Part shown: one piece after another, positions 1-26,735 of the stretch
Numbering within the stretch: position 1 is the first letter of the stretch
How the letters are laid out: every line of letters starts with the position of its first letter
NCBI RefSeq assembly: GCF_963506605.1
Contig: NC_083277.1
Span: 95,046,001-95,110,000, forward strand
Length of the DNA: 64,000 nucleotides
Direction of reading: 5' to 3'
From: Zootoca vivipara
Taxonomy: Eukaryota
Made by a program: the position numbers and the translations under genes
The notes under the pieces: generated by a model
What the model saw: only the letters and a program-made list of their open reading frames with translations
Databases searched by the model: none
What the model was told of the DNA's origin: nothing

Positions 1-164
1 ATCATGAAGGGCTTTCAATTTTGGGCGATGGGCAGTGAAGAGATGTCTGAGCAGGAGACTATGGGGGTTGACAGGGCTTTTAGGATATGACAGACAAAGT
101 TGCTGATGAGTGTGGCTGTGTATTGCTGAAGGTCCCCTTTCTCTTATGTCTCCTGGTAACACAG

Positions 165-3100
165 GCAGCCTCAATTCCTGACTACAGAGGCCCTAATGGG
201 GTATGGACAATGCTGCAGAAAGGGAGGAGTATCAGGTAACCAAAACTTGACCATTCAGATGCTTGCCTGGTGCTTGGGAAATTTCTTAGAAGATCATTTC
301 GGCCTCCTCAGAGAAGGCTCTACTGGAACATGTGTGATTGGCTACTGTTATTTAATACAGTTTTTTCTCTCCACTTGCCAGGGCTGTGGATCTGAGTGAG
401 GCAGAGCCCACACTCACCCACATGAGCATCACCTGTTTGCACAACCACAAACTGGTAAGGCTGCATATTAGTCAATCCTATACTCCCGGGGGCAAAAGGA
501 GATGGCACCTGTGGGGAACCTGGTTGAGGCATGAAATGGATATTGAGTCTGGAGAATCTGGGATGATGGAGAGCCTCTCAGTGCAGAGGATAAGGCCATG
601 CACACCCTCCCTGCACAAATACTGTATTGTTAGACAAAGTGAATCAGATATGGGGCTTAGAGTAGCAGGGAAATAGACAGTCTTTGTATGTGTGTTTTAG
701 GCTGGCACTGATGACTCCGAAAATGAACCTCCCTGTTAGTTACTTGGTTCCTGCACAGGATGGAATTATAGGTTGAAGTGATAGCACATAAATAGATATT
801 ACTTGCTGTAAAAAGCAGCCAGAATCCACGAAGAATTAACAGGTTTGTGGTATATTGTATGGGAGGTTTATAGGCTGTTTAACACACTCTGTACTTTCTA
901 AGCTTTATCAGGCAACCACATTTATCCACTGTCTCGCCGCTCCTGCCAATCAGCTATATCTCCTCCAGTTGTTTTGGCAGAGCAGTGACAAAGGGAGGGG
1001 AAGGTTGGCTATTTAACATGCAAACTGTGCAGGTCATATCTTGACTGCTGATAAAGGGAAACAAGAAGTGACTTCCTTTTAACTGTACTTTCTCCATTCT
1101 TAACACTCTTTATTTTCCCTGTTTAGGTAAAGCATGTGGTGTCACAAAACTGTGATGGGCTCCACTTGCGCAGTGGGCTCCCTCGGGAAGCCCTGTCTGA
1201 GCTGCATGGAAACATGTATATAGAGGTGAGCATAGGCAGAGAGTGGGGCTTAGTGTACCATAGTACCATAGGGAATGATAACTGAGATTCTGTGCTTCCA
1301 TTCAAAATTAGGTTTGCACATCCTGCACACCCAATCGTGAATACGTGCGAGTGTTTGACGTGACGGAGCGCACAGCCTTGCACAGGCACCATACCGGCAG
1401 AGTGTGCCACAAATGTGGGGCACAACTAAGAGATACAATTGTACACTTTGGGGAGAAGGGCATCTTGCAGCAGCCCTTGAACTGGGAGGCAGCAATAGAG
1501 GCTGCAAGCAAAGCAGATGTGATCCTGTGCTTGGGATCTAGCTTGAAGGTAAGGTAGGAGAAAATGTCATTCAATGTATAATTGCACTATACTCTGTAAT
1601 GGTTTTATTTCAAAAATTCTAGAATTATATTGGAATCGGCAGTCTGACACCCCAATTTATAGTCTTTAAGGTTTATTGTGAAAGTGTTTGCAAAAATAGA
1701 AGTTGCTGCAATGTAGGCACAAATATGTATGTATTTCTCCCTTTGAAGCTTCTTAGAAATGTAACAATAGAATCCTTTGAGAATATTTTCCTGTGTCATT
1801 GGTTATAGCCAAATATATGTCGGGGAAGGTTATGGAAACAGATTTCAAATATCTGGTCAAATATAGGAAGCCCTTTAAAAAATTAAGTCTGAAAAGGCAA
1901 GCGTTTCACAAGGCAACTTGGTTTGTGTCTTGACTTGCACCCCCCCCCCTTTTCAATTAGAGATTAAAACAGGAGTGGGAAACCTTTGGCCCTACAGACG
2001 TTGGTGAACTGCAATTCCCATCAGTTCTGACAAGCATGGCCAGGGATGATGAGAGTTGTAGTTCAGCAACATCCAGTGAGCCAAAGGTACCCAAACCTGG
2101 ATTAAAGTAAGGATGTATACAGTTAAGTGGTTCATAGCTAAATAACCCAGAATATATATATTTTTAAGTTTGATGTGCTTTCGAACTGCTAGGTTGGCAG
2201 GAGCTGGGACTGGGCAACGGGAGCTCACCCCGCCGCGGGGATTCGAACCGCCGACCTTCTGATTGGCAAGCCCTAGGCTCAGTGGTTTAACCCACAGCGC
2301 CACCCGCGTCCTGCAAAAATCCTGCAAAAGCCTTGGCAACCATGTAATCCTGGAAGTTGGTACCAGAAGACTGTTCCGGCTTCCCACTTCCCTTCTAAGT
2401 AGTTTGCAGTAGGCATTGGTTAAAGATTAACACAAATGACTAAAGATGAACTGTGTTGCCACGTATCTCAAAGTTTGGGACTCCTTCCCTCTTCTAGCAC
2501 TGATGAATATTTTGGTTGTGTTTTCCTTCTCACAACAGGTTTTGAAGAAGTATCCACATTTGTGGTGCATGAGCAAACCACCCAGACACCGCCCTAAACT
2601 CTACATTGTAAATCTCCAGGTTAGTTCGAGCCTTGTCATTCATGGGCAGAGCAATTTGCTCTGGTGATATATGCAAGTGTATATGATTACTTTAGTTGCT
2701 TCCATGTGTTTATAGGGTAGGGGCCAAAGATCAGGGTTTATTCTGTCATGTAGCTGGATTTTGTCATGCATTTTGTGCATTATCAAAAAATTGCACAATG
2801 TGAAGTATGTTTTTTGTGAAGTTGGGAATATGGGATTGAATAAGGAGCTAAGTAGTTTCTAAGAGAGAAATAGATAAGAAAAGAAATGTTTAGGTTTAAA
2901 AGATATACAAAAAATAAGCAATTGACGTGTCTGAATAGAACGTATGGAACATCCCTATGGACCAAAACTCTCTCCATTGATTGGTCCATGGCTGATAACA
3001 CACTTGTCCTCCTATTCCATGTTGTCACCGGCAGCCCCAGCAGCACCAGCTGGCAAGGGGGCTGCAGGGCGGAGCTCTTCCGCTCTGCCTGCTGATGGGT

Positions 3101-4347
3101 TGGAATGAATGGGCAATAGCTTGGCAACCTTCCCGAGTGGCAGTTGCGGTGCCCCATGAGCATCGAGCATGACAGAGAGTGGGACTGGGAATTGATCAGG
3201 AGCAAGTATCTTGGTAAAGCCCATGCAGAGGGCTCCGTAGCAACCAGCCATTGCCAAATCTGCTCTTCAGTCTGCCCATGCGACCATTGGGAGATTTTCT
3301 GGGTCAGGGAGGGAATCTTGAAATTTTGTGTCCAGGGCAAAGACCCCTGTGGCCCCATCCATGCTATGCCACTGCCTAGAAGCCATCTGGTGGATTCTTA
3401 CTTATCATTGGTTGAAAGTAATTCTGTAACAAGCCACATGGTCAGATTTCAAAGAAATTTTATGTTGTTCACATGTTTATGTTGAAGTTTTGTTCCTTTG
3501 CCATGGGATAAACATGTTACCAACGTTTTTACAATAAAAGTGAAAACCTAGTACGTGACACGTGAAGATGATTGTGAATGTCATGGTAGCAGTGCTAAGT
3601 CAGTTCACTTCATTCACAGTATTACTGTTCTGTCTACAGTGGACACCAAAGGATGATCTGGCAGCCCTGAAACTTCATGGGAAATGTGATGATGTGATGA
3701 AGCTATTGATGGAGGAGCTGGGGCTTCCCATCCCTTGCTATGACAGGTCAGCAAAGAGAGTGCTCGGCTTGAGCACTGTGCCCTTATACACTACTTCATG
3801 TTTGTAGATAGTAGCAGATTTTTGAATGAGCAGAGTCTAAATGTAGGTTCTTCTACATTTAATCTAAATGTTGGCTCTTATCTGCTTATACAGTATCATA
3901 TACAGAGGTTTATAATTAAATATAGCTTCTTGTTTCTTCATAATGTGATGTAATTTAAACATGGCTTGTATCAGTATAGAAATATGCGCTGAGCATATTT
4001 GCACTTGTGAGGACTTGCAGTCCAGCCCCATTTTACTGGAGAATATCATGCATGGTTCTAAACACACCCTTTCACTTGATACTTGGGCCTTATGGTAATT
4101 CTCTGGGTGCTGCAAACTTAATATTACATATTATTGTGCTTGCAGAACAAAGGATCCCATTTTTTCTCTGGCTGTTCCTCTGCAACCTGAAGAAGAAGGC
4201 AGTCATAGCAGGAGAGCTGTGGCTCCACCAGCAGGTCTTCATGAAGTGCAGCTGGGAGAGCAACAGCAGACACCCGTGGGTCCCCTTTCTGGCGGCTGGT
4301 TTGGCAGGGGCTGTGCAAAAGGCACCAAGAAGAGAAAAGTGTCTTGA
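165..4347 (+). CDS. SIRT7: NAD-dependent deacetylase sirtuin-7, last 7 coding exons (5' part upstream of window)
   Basis: GT-AG exons 165-235, 382-454, 1127-1225, 1312-1548, 2539-2619, 3640-3746, 4146-4347 join in frame (870 nt incl. TGA): [15 protein letters not shown]..., [14 protein letters not shown]...[14 protein letters not shown]...CHKC (Zn), [20 protein letters not shown]-terminal [18 protein letters not shown]. Confidence 0.97.
2169..2311 (-). mobile_element. Sauria SINE, 5' half
   Basis: tRNA-like head GGACGCGGGTGGCGCTGTGG...GGTTCGAATCCC on - strand; matches other copies in the window. Confidence 0.85.
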
Positions 4348-4606
4348 TAATGGAATTATAAGGGTGTGGTGTGGTTTTTTTTTAACCTTGAGGACCAACT
4401 GAAGTTGCTAAAATCAGGACAAGACGTTTACATCTGCACCGGATTTGACCAGAATTGCTGGGCTAACTGCTCCTGCTGCTATTTTCATAAATGTTTTGTA
4501 TAACTACTCAGTTTGTAAACAGAGGCTGAAGCCTAGCTTGGTTTCTGCTGTGGCTGAGGAGAGGTTGGTGTTTAATACTCAGGGCTGTCAATTATTAAAT
4601 ATTATT

Positions 4607-4617
4607 AATAAAATAAA
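4607..4617 (+). terminator. SIRT7 polyadenylation signal (overlapping AATAAA hexamers)
   Basis: AATAAAATAAA about 260 nt after the SIRT7 stop, followed by GT-rich sequence. Confidence 0.7.
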
Positions 4618-5665
4618 ACAATAAAAGCCAATAGCTGTGGATTTTGTAGCACGCTGGTTATATTCCCACACTTGTGTTGGTGTCAGCAATGCTGATAACC
4701 CACCACATTTGGGTGTGCATGTTTTATCTAAACATGGGTCTGTTACAGCAAGGGTTACATTCTCAGAAGATGTGCAGTACAACATTGCTAGATTGTTGCA
4801 AGTGGTCTTGAGGGTAGGGTTGTCACCCGTCCTGTATAATACAGGATTGCCCTGTATTTCAATGTAAAATGCTACGACCTGCATTCAGTACAGGACACAG
4901 CTTGTCCTGTATTTCCTCTCTTTTTCTCTCTGCCAAGTTAGGGATCCTCTCCAAATGCATGTGTGCAAAAGGTCATGTATTTAAGCTCTGGGTAACAAAG
5001 CAGAGACAGATTTACAAATTCATGTGTAAGTGTGTGTGTGTTTGACAAATTTCAGAGGGTCCATCCTGTTAGGCTGCAATCGATTGTAATGGATTGTTTT
5101 GAAATCGCTCAAGCAACAGATGCGGGGTGGAAATTGCGCCCGCCTCGCCGTCCTGCATTTTGCCAGAACAAAGGTGGCAACCCTAGTGTGTATCTCAGAA
5201 GTGGGTGCCAGGAGAAAAGGAATCACAAGGGCTTTGGACTCCCCCCAGCAAAGTTGTGCTACAAAAAGTCGTGTACAGTATTCCCTGGGGTTAGGGAATA
5301 GGCGAAACTTTGTTTATTATGATGCAAAGGTTGACAACTGGCGTGGAAGAGAGCTCAAATGTCTCCAGCAGCGGAGGAAGGCCGGTGAGCGTCCGGCGCA
5401 AAGGAGACGGTACAGCGCTGAAGGACCAAGACTAGAGAACGGTGCGCCCAGTCCCCACTCTGGAGAGGGTTCCTGTGAAGGGGGCGGGGCGACGCGCGCG
5501 ACGTAAGGCAGTGGAGGGGGGCGCGCGCCGCCTGTTGGTCAGGTGACGGCCACCGAAGATGGCTGCGCGCTCGAGAGCTGCGGCTCCTCCCTGACCACGT
5601 GACGAGGGAAGTGACAGCGCCGGGGTCGGCCAGCCGCCCAAGAGTCCGGCACTCACTCGCCGGAG

Positions 5666-20033
<14,368 letters not shown>

Positions 20034-21090
20034 CATGCGGAACGGTGTGGCAGAATCCTTCCCTCCTGGAGCGGCAATATTTTCCTGGAGGATAGGATAC
20101 TGCTGCCAGCCTTAGGAAGGCCTGCGGTCACAATTCTCCCGTGTGTGGGGAAGATCCCAGATGCTGCTATCTAGTTAGCCCAGGCCCAACTCCCACGGGA
20201 AGATTTTAACATTGCCCTTTCAATAGCAGGTTTCAATTCCAATGAATGTTTGCAATATGGTGTGATTTCACCTGACATATTGGAGCTGGGGAGTCAGGGT
20301 TATCTCTGCTCAACTTCTTATTGAGTCTCTGCATCTCGGGGCATCTCCCTGATTTCTGCCTGCCAGAGACAACTTTTTAATCTTTAAAACCTTTCTGGTT
20401 TGGCTCATTGCTTACAGCATTAATAGGATCCCAGAGCATCTGCTCAACAGCAGTGCTTGCTGGAGTTGGGCTCCAAGCCAGACTGACCACTACATTTCCT
20501 TGCTTGGGCACAAAGGGTTCTCTAAGTGGCCTGTTGCTGCTTGCACACACTGCCTTGCATCTGGTACCTACAAAATATTTCCATGCTGTAGCAGTGGATG
20601 GAGCTTAGGCAAGTCGCAGGGTTCCCTGGTGGTAGACAGTGGCCCTCACTACTCTGCACTCAGACATGTTTGTTTAGGCCTATGGCCAAGGAAGAGATTG
20701 GTGGCACTGCAATTCTCAGTGTTCCCACGAAACACAAATACCGCATAGATCTTCAGAATGTGCTTGGAGCTCCACCCTGAAGCCCCCAGTACATTGCTTC
20801 ACAACCAGGGCTTCATTCTCATCCATATGGGCCTTGTGGTTCTTGTGCGGAGAGATTGAGACATCAGGTACATTGAGCCCAGTATACTGTGTATTGTATT
20901 TAAAATGCTTTGTGCTGCTAAAGTTGAATGCTTTGTGGTGAGATCCAGGTGCAGATCACTGTCTGAGGCGTCTTTTCATGCACAGTGGGAAACACATGGG
21001 TGGGGGCTCATGTGACCATGGGGCTCTTCCCTGTCCAGGCAGGCTCTGTGTCTTTTCTATCTCTCTTGTACAATTTCAGCAGTGGAAATT

Positions 21091-21096
21091 AATAAA
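21091..21096 (+). terminator. PCYT2 polyadenylation signal
   Basis: AATAAA about 1.06 kb after the stop, followed by GT/T-rich sequence. Confidence 0.65.
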
Positions 21097-23712
21097 ATGT
21101 TGATGACTTAACTTGTGTGGCACTTTATTTTATTTATTAACAATAAATAATAACAAACAAAAAACAATAGCCCCCATATTGTTGTTATTAGCCCTGCTTT
21201 TGGGCTTCCCAAGAAGCATGTGGTTGGTCATTGTGAGAACAGGATGCTGGACTAGAATGGGACGTCCCTGTTTTCATCGGAGAACTGTTGGCAGGTATGG
21301 GACTGCGCCTTGTGTTACATTTCCCAGAAACTTCTGTACTCTTCAGTGGGAAATCCACATCTGAAGATGGGAGGAGCGGCAACATGACATACACAAAGGC
21401 ATATCACCTGGCAATTTGTTAGTTTTCATTTTGTTTATGAAGCCCAAAACTTTATCTTTCATAACCACTATTTCCCTCAGTTCCTTGGACTCCCTTTCCA
21501 ATGAAAGTCAGTTTAGGCATAGGGACCTGCTCTATATCTTGTGTTGTAAAGGCCTTCCTGTGACATTTTGCCACTTTGCTTCTTCCTTCCCACTCCCCCT
21601 GTGCCCCCGCTCCTGCTTCTAGTTGCCACCAGGCACCCACTAGCTTGTCCCTGCCACTCACCACTGACAGACACTTGCCACCACTCCTGGATTCTTGATC
21701 CCCCTCTGCTGTAGCTGTGTCCCCCTGCCACAACCAACCCATGGCCACCCACACCACAGCCCACCCACACCCAACTGCCAGCCCATCAGGGCTTCCCTAG
21801 GAGGAGAAGGCGCAGCAGTGGGGTGGCATGGGCACAGCGAAGGAGCAGCAGGAGGAAGCAATGAGCACCTGGAAGCAGCAGGAGCAGGTGGTGTCTGCAG
21901 CAGCAAGTGGCAGGAGCCCACTGCCCTGTGGCAATGCGCACTGGGTGTGCAGTGGCAGCACTGCCCCAGCAGCCTGACGTCACTGTGCCTCGATCAGGCA
22001 GGCCTGTCTGCTGTGAAGCCAAATGCAAATAAGTCATTCAGCTTCCTTGCAATCTCCTTAACCTCCTTTACCCTACCTTTGACTCCCTTGGCATACAAAG
22101 GTCCAACCGCCTCCCTAGCCAGTCTCCTGTTGCTAACATAGTTAAAGATTTTTGTTGACTGTCTTTAAGGTTGGCCTTCATTGTTTAAGCAACATGCTCC
22201 TCAAATTCTTTTTTTTTAGTATCCCTTTATTTATTTTTTACCAAAGTTTGTGTTTCCTTTTTTGTTCTCATTTGGGGAAGGCTTCCATTAGAAAATGGAA
22301 TGCCTCTGCTCGCTTCTTTGGCTCTGCTGTTAACGACACTTGGCCCATTGGTTTCTAGGGGTAGCTTTCGTTTCCTAGGGAAGAAGCGGTGGGAAGTGGC
22401 CTTGATGGATCAGTGGAAGGATAGATGGGAAGGAGACCAGTAGCAGGGTTGGGGGGGGGGGGAGAGAGGAAATTGTTGTGTTCACCCTAACAGCTGTAAT
22501 AATAATAATGTTGTGGTTTCTGCAGAGAGTGGCTGTCAAATTCAAGACCCTGCCACCAAACATGTAATATTTGGTGGGGAAGATTGTCTTTGGGGAGCAT
22601 GGAGTAGTTTCACAGCACTTCCAGGCTTCAATCTCCTTTGCCACACTCTGACTGCCCACCTGGACAAGAGGGGCTGCTGTGGCCTGGGCCCCTCCTCTCC
22701 TCCTTTCCTTGCCAAGTGCCACCTGCCTATGGGCCGTTGACTGAGCTCTGTGCCTCTTCCCACCTCTCGCTGGAACCTTAACAAAGTGGCATGCATGCCC
22801 TGAAACTCCTCTCCTTCTGAGCATCTCATGTTTGTTTTTAATCTTCGTCTTGTTACCATTTTTGAATTAATTTCTCTGAAACTTGAAACTCCTCTGGGCC
22901 CGGCCGCTTCTGCAGAGTGCGAGATTTGGAAAGGATTTGTCATTAAATGCAAACAGCTCAGCCCAAAGTGGCAAATCTACCGCGGGCTGTGCATTTCCAT
23001 AGGAAGAAGGTGCCGCTGGCTTCCAACTGTTTGAAAATTGTTATTAAAAATGTCAGACTTATTTAATTTTTGCCTTCCCTGCTGCTTCGCAGCCTGAATC
23101 TGAAACTTCAGGTCTACTCAATCAAATGCAATGAGCAGTGCCTGGCGGAGCTGGAGTTACTCACAGCACCTTATTGTTCTTTCTGATCACAAATCCTTTT
23201 GCATTTTACATTTTTCCTGCTCTTAAAGTGCCCGTGGGTCCCTGCCTTTCTGCGCTGGCATTTGCTGATGGGTTGTTTCCCCCTTGGGGGATGGGAGATG
23301 ATAACGATCTTGGATAACGAACTTAGATTATGGGGAAGGTTCATGAATTTCAAATGGAGGCTGTTTACTGTTGCCTGTCTCAATAAAAGCTCTGGGACCT
23401 GGCAGTCATTGCTCGCTCACTTTTAGGAGCAATCTTGTTCCATTAAGCCAGGAGTAGGGAGCCTGCAGCTCTCCAGATGTTCCTGGACTACACCAAGGCC
23501 ATAGACCCAGCTGGATGGAGCTGTTGGGAGTTGGAGCCTCATAACATCTGGAGGACTAGAGATTCTTTCAATGCCACTGCCTACATTAAACCAGTGGTCC
23601 ACTTTCCAGTCCAGTATTCTGTTCCTGTGGCCAGTTTTTAGAATCCAAAACAGTAAAGTTTAACACAGAGTACTTCATCCCTAAGCTTCTACTGGCCTGA
23701 CCTACAGGGATA

Positions 23713-23926
23713 CAGTGGTACCTTGGTTCTTTAACTTAATTTATTCCGGGAGTCCGTTCAACTCCCGAAACCGTTCGACAACTAAGGCATGGCTTCCGAT
23801 TGGCTGCAGGAGCATCGGAAGCTCAGCTTCTGAAAAATGTTTGCAAACCAGAAAACTTCCATCTGGGTTTGCGGCATTCAGGAGCCAATTTGCTCGACAA
23901 CTAAGCCGTTTGAGAAGGTACCACCA
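23713..23926. mobile_element. Tc1/mariner (Tigger-like) MITE
   Basis: TA-flanked CAGTGGTACCTT ... AAGGTACCACCA. Confidence 0.7.
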
Positions 23927-25495
23927 TATCATGAAACTGAATGCCCTCTGACCCACTTATTAAAACTGACCACAATATATGCTTTAAAATACCCGTGCTG
24001 AACTTTTTTATGTTTGTAAAAAGGGATCACTACACATCTTGGGGATCTCTCTGTTCATCTTGGAGCCTAGGCTGGTGTGCTTATGTATATAAGGGAAACT
24101 GAATCTTAACTAGTCCTTAATTCTGGCTTGGTTGTTTGTTTGTTTTTAAAGCTTCCATCTGCCTACCCATTGCTTAATATTAACGAGGGGAGGCACTGCT
24201 ATTATTGTATCAAGAGCATGTTGCAGAAAACTTCCACAACAAAACACCAGTTTGAAGGGGCCCACATTTTCTTGTCAGTATTAGCAGAGCAGCAAGTGTG
24301 AATTTTGGGGGTTAAGTGCATCTGCAGACCAATACACAGCCTGCAGTGTAAGATAGGCTTCATACAGGTGAGTTGCATGCAGAAGGACAGTTTGTATCCA
24401 AGGGCCCTCGGAAGATGTAACACACCATTGTGGATGAGTGCAGGTTGGTCTCACCGTAATAGTGTTGCCATGCACTTTCCTTTCCCTGTACATCTGAAAG
24501 GGTGCTATTCATTAAAAATTTCGAACCGCTCTGGGAGTTGAACAGACTCCCAGAATGGATTAAGTTCGACAACCAAGGTACCTTGCACTGTAATAGATGT
24601 GCTGCACACCAATGCCTGCTGATATAAAGCACATGGTATGACAAATTATATATTATGACAATGGCAAGTTGTCGAATTCTTGGAAAAGGTATTTCAATAC
24701 ATTACATAGGGAGATTGAATGAGGCCATTGGTAAGCCTGGCTCAGTATTATCTATACTGATTGGTTGTGGCTTTATAGATGAGTTCCAGGCAGGAGTCTT
24801 TCTACTGGAGACACCAAGGATGGGACCTGGTACCTTCTGCCTGCAAAGCAGACACTTCACCATGGAGCTCTGGCCCTAGTTGCTAGAACTAAATGTGAAA
24901 TCTTATTTCTGAATGCTCTACTTGGGCGTTTTATTTATCGTCTGGTATCTTTCAGGAGCCAGCAAAGCTTGGGCTTGAAGAACGCTGCTACAAAGAAATT
25001 GATTTTATGTCACAGGAAGAATCTAGAAGTACCCCAGTGGCACAACAGTAGCTGGAGGGGTTAGTACAAGTGATGGTGAGAGAGCAAGCGCTCTTCAATA
25101 ACCACTCAGGTGATTGTGATCTACGGTCATCTCTCCATTAGCGCTTTGTTAGTAGCAGATTTGTGAGGGTTCTTTCCCCTCACCCCTTCCATTATTCTGG
25201 GTGTACCTAACTTTGTGTGTCTGTGGGAACACATAAACAAGATTCAAAGGATGCATTTGTGTCAGATACAGTGGAAGTTATATAAGATGAGAAGGAGAAG
25301 AGAGCTGAGCTCCTTGGAGAAAAGGTCTTGTGGAAGGTTCTGTTAGCTGTGGTACAGCTGCTGTCTTCTAAGTACAATGTTCCTTAGAATAGTTTCTACT
25401 GCAAAAGGGACCTTCTGTCATCCTTCTCACATTTAGATTGATTAATTCAGTTGGGACTGGTGTTATCTGAGTGACTCTGTCTTAGAGGAAGTCAA

Positions 25496-25938
25496 GGTAA
25501 AAGGTAAAGGACCCCTGGGTGGTTAAGTCCAGTCAAAGGTGACTATGGGGACGCAGGTGGTGCTGTTGTCTAAAAACCACTGAGCCTCTTGGGCTTGCCG
25601 ATCAAAAGATCAGCAGATCGAATCCCTGGGATGGAGTGAGCTCCCATTGCTTTGTCCCAGCTCCTGCCAACCTAGCAGTTTGAAAGCAAACCAGTGCAAG
25701 TAGATAAATAGGCACCAGTATGGCAGGAAGGTAAACGGCATTTCCATGCACTCTGGTTTCCGTCACAGTGTTCCGTTGCACCAGAAGCAGTTTAGTCATG
25801 CTGGCCACATGACCCAGAAAGCTGTCTGTGGACAAACGCTGGTTCCCTTGGCCTGAAAGCGAGATGAGCACCGCAACCCCATAGTCGCCTTAGACTGGAC
25901 TTAACTATCCAGGGGTCCTTTACCCCTTTTTTTAACCT
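25496..25938 (+). mobile_element. Full-length Sauria SINE preceded by an inverted SINE 3' end
   Basis: TSD TTAGAGGAAGTCAA at 25482-25495 and 25939-25952. Confidence 0.88.
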
Positions 25939-26049
25939 TTAGAGGAAGTCAATATCCTTAGCCTGCTTGTAACAGCACCCTTGGTGCCGGAAGGGGTCTA
26001 TATACAAGGTGAGTCTTTTAAAAGAGGCCCTGTGGAATATGTGTACTCT

Positions 26050-26250
26050 GTAATCTGGGGAACCGGGTTCGCGTCTCCGCTCCTCCACATGCAGCTGCTG
26101 GGTGACCTTGGGCTAGTCACACTTCTCTGAAGTCTCTCAGCCTCACTCACCTCACAGAGTGTTTGATGTGGGAGAGGAAGGGAAAGGAGAATGTTAGCCG
26201 CTTTGAGACTCCTTCGGGTAGTGATAAAGCGGGATATCAAATCCAAACTC
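26050..26250 (+). mobile_element. tRNA-derived CORE/Squam-like SINE
   Basis: GGGTTCG box, GCTGGGTGACCTTGGGCTAGTCAC core, L2-like tail GTTAGCCGCTTTGAGACTCC. Confidence 0.6.
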
Positions 26251-26306
26251 CTCCCATCACCCCAGACCACTGGCCATGCTGGCTGTGACTGATGTGAGTT
26301 GGAGTC

Positions 26307-26735
26307 CAGGGCCGTCCTTTCCATTTGGCTTAGTGGTGCGGTGAACCAGGGTGCCTCTCCATCAGGGGCGCTGCTCATGTTTGAGGCGGCGAGTGAGGCA
26401 CTGCTGCTGAAGCAGCCTAGCTCTGCTGCTGCCCCTCCTCCGCTACACTTGCAGGGGGCGGTTGACTGTATTCTCCGCTGTGCGCTGTTCCCGCCACGTC
26501 CCCTCACAACAGCAGGCTTGCTGGCCGCCGTTCCAACAATGCCTAGCAAGCCCGCCCAGGTGAGGGGACGTGGTGGGAGCAGCGCCCGAAAGGGCTCCTT
26601 TCGGTGCGCTGTTCCCGCCACGCCCCCTCACAACAGCAGGCTTGCTAGCCACCGTTCCAATGGTGCATAGCAAGCGGGGGGGGGGTGCCGGAGGGATTTT
26701 GCACCACGGCGCTGGATACCCTTAAGATAGCCCTG
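26307..26735. mobile_element. Non-autonomous hAT element inserted inside a MITE
   Basis: Ends CAGGGC...GCCCTG, 8-bp TSD TTGGAGTC, internal 56-bp direct repeat 26481-26536 / 26605-26660. Confidence 0.75.

Noticed and set aside
24956-25109. Exon-like segment (TTTCAG/GAGCCAGCAAAG...CAG/GTGATT) downstream of PCYT2
   Set aside because: Stops in the two frames checked, no homology recognised, and it lies beyond the PCYT2 polyA signal
25548-25630. tRNA-like sequences at SINE heads (also 2240-2311, 55050-55080, 58441-58520)
   Set aside because: They are Sauria SINE heads, not tRNA genes; no complete cloverleaf
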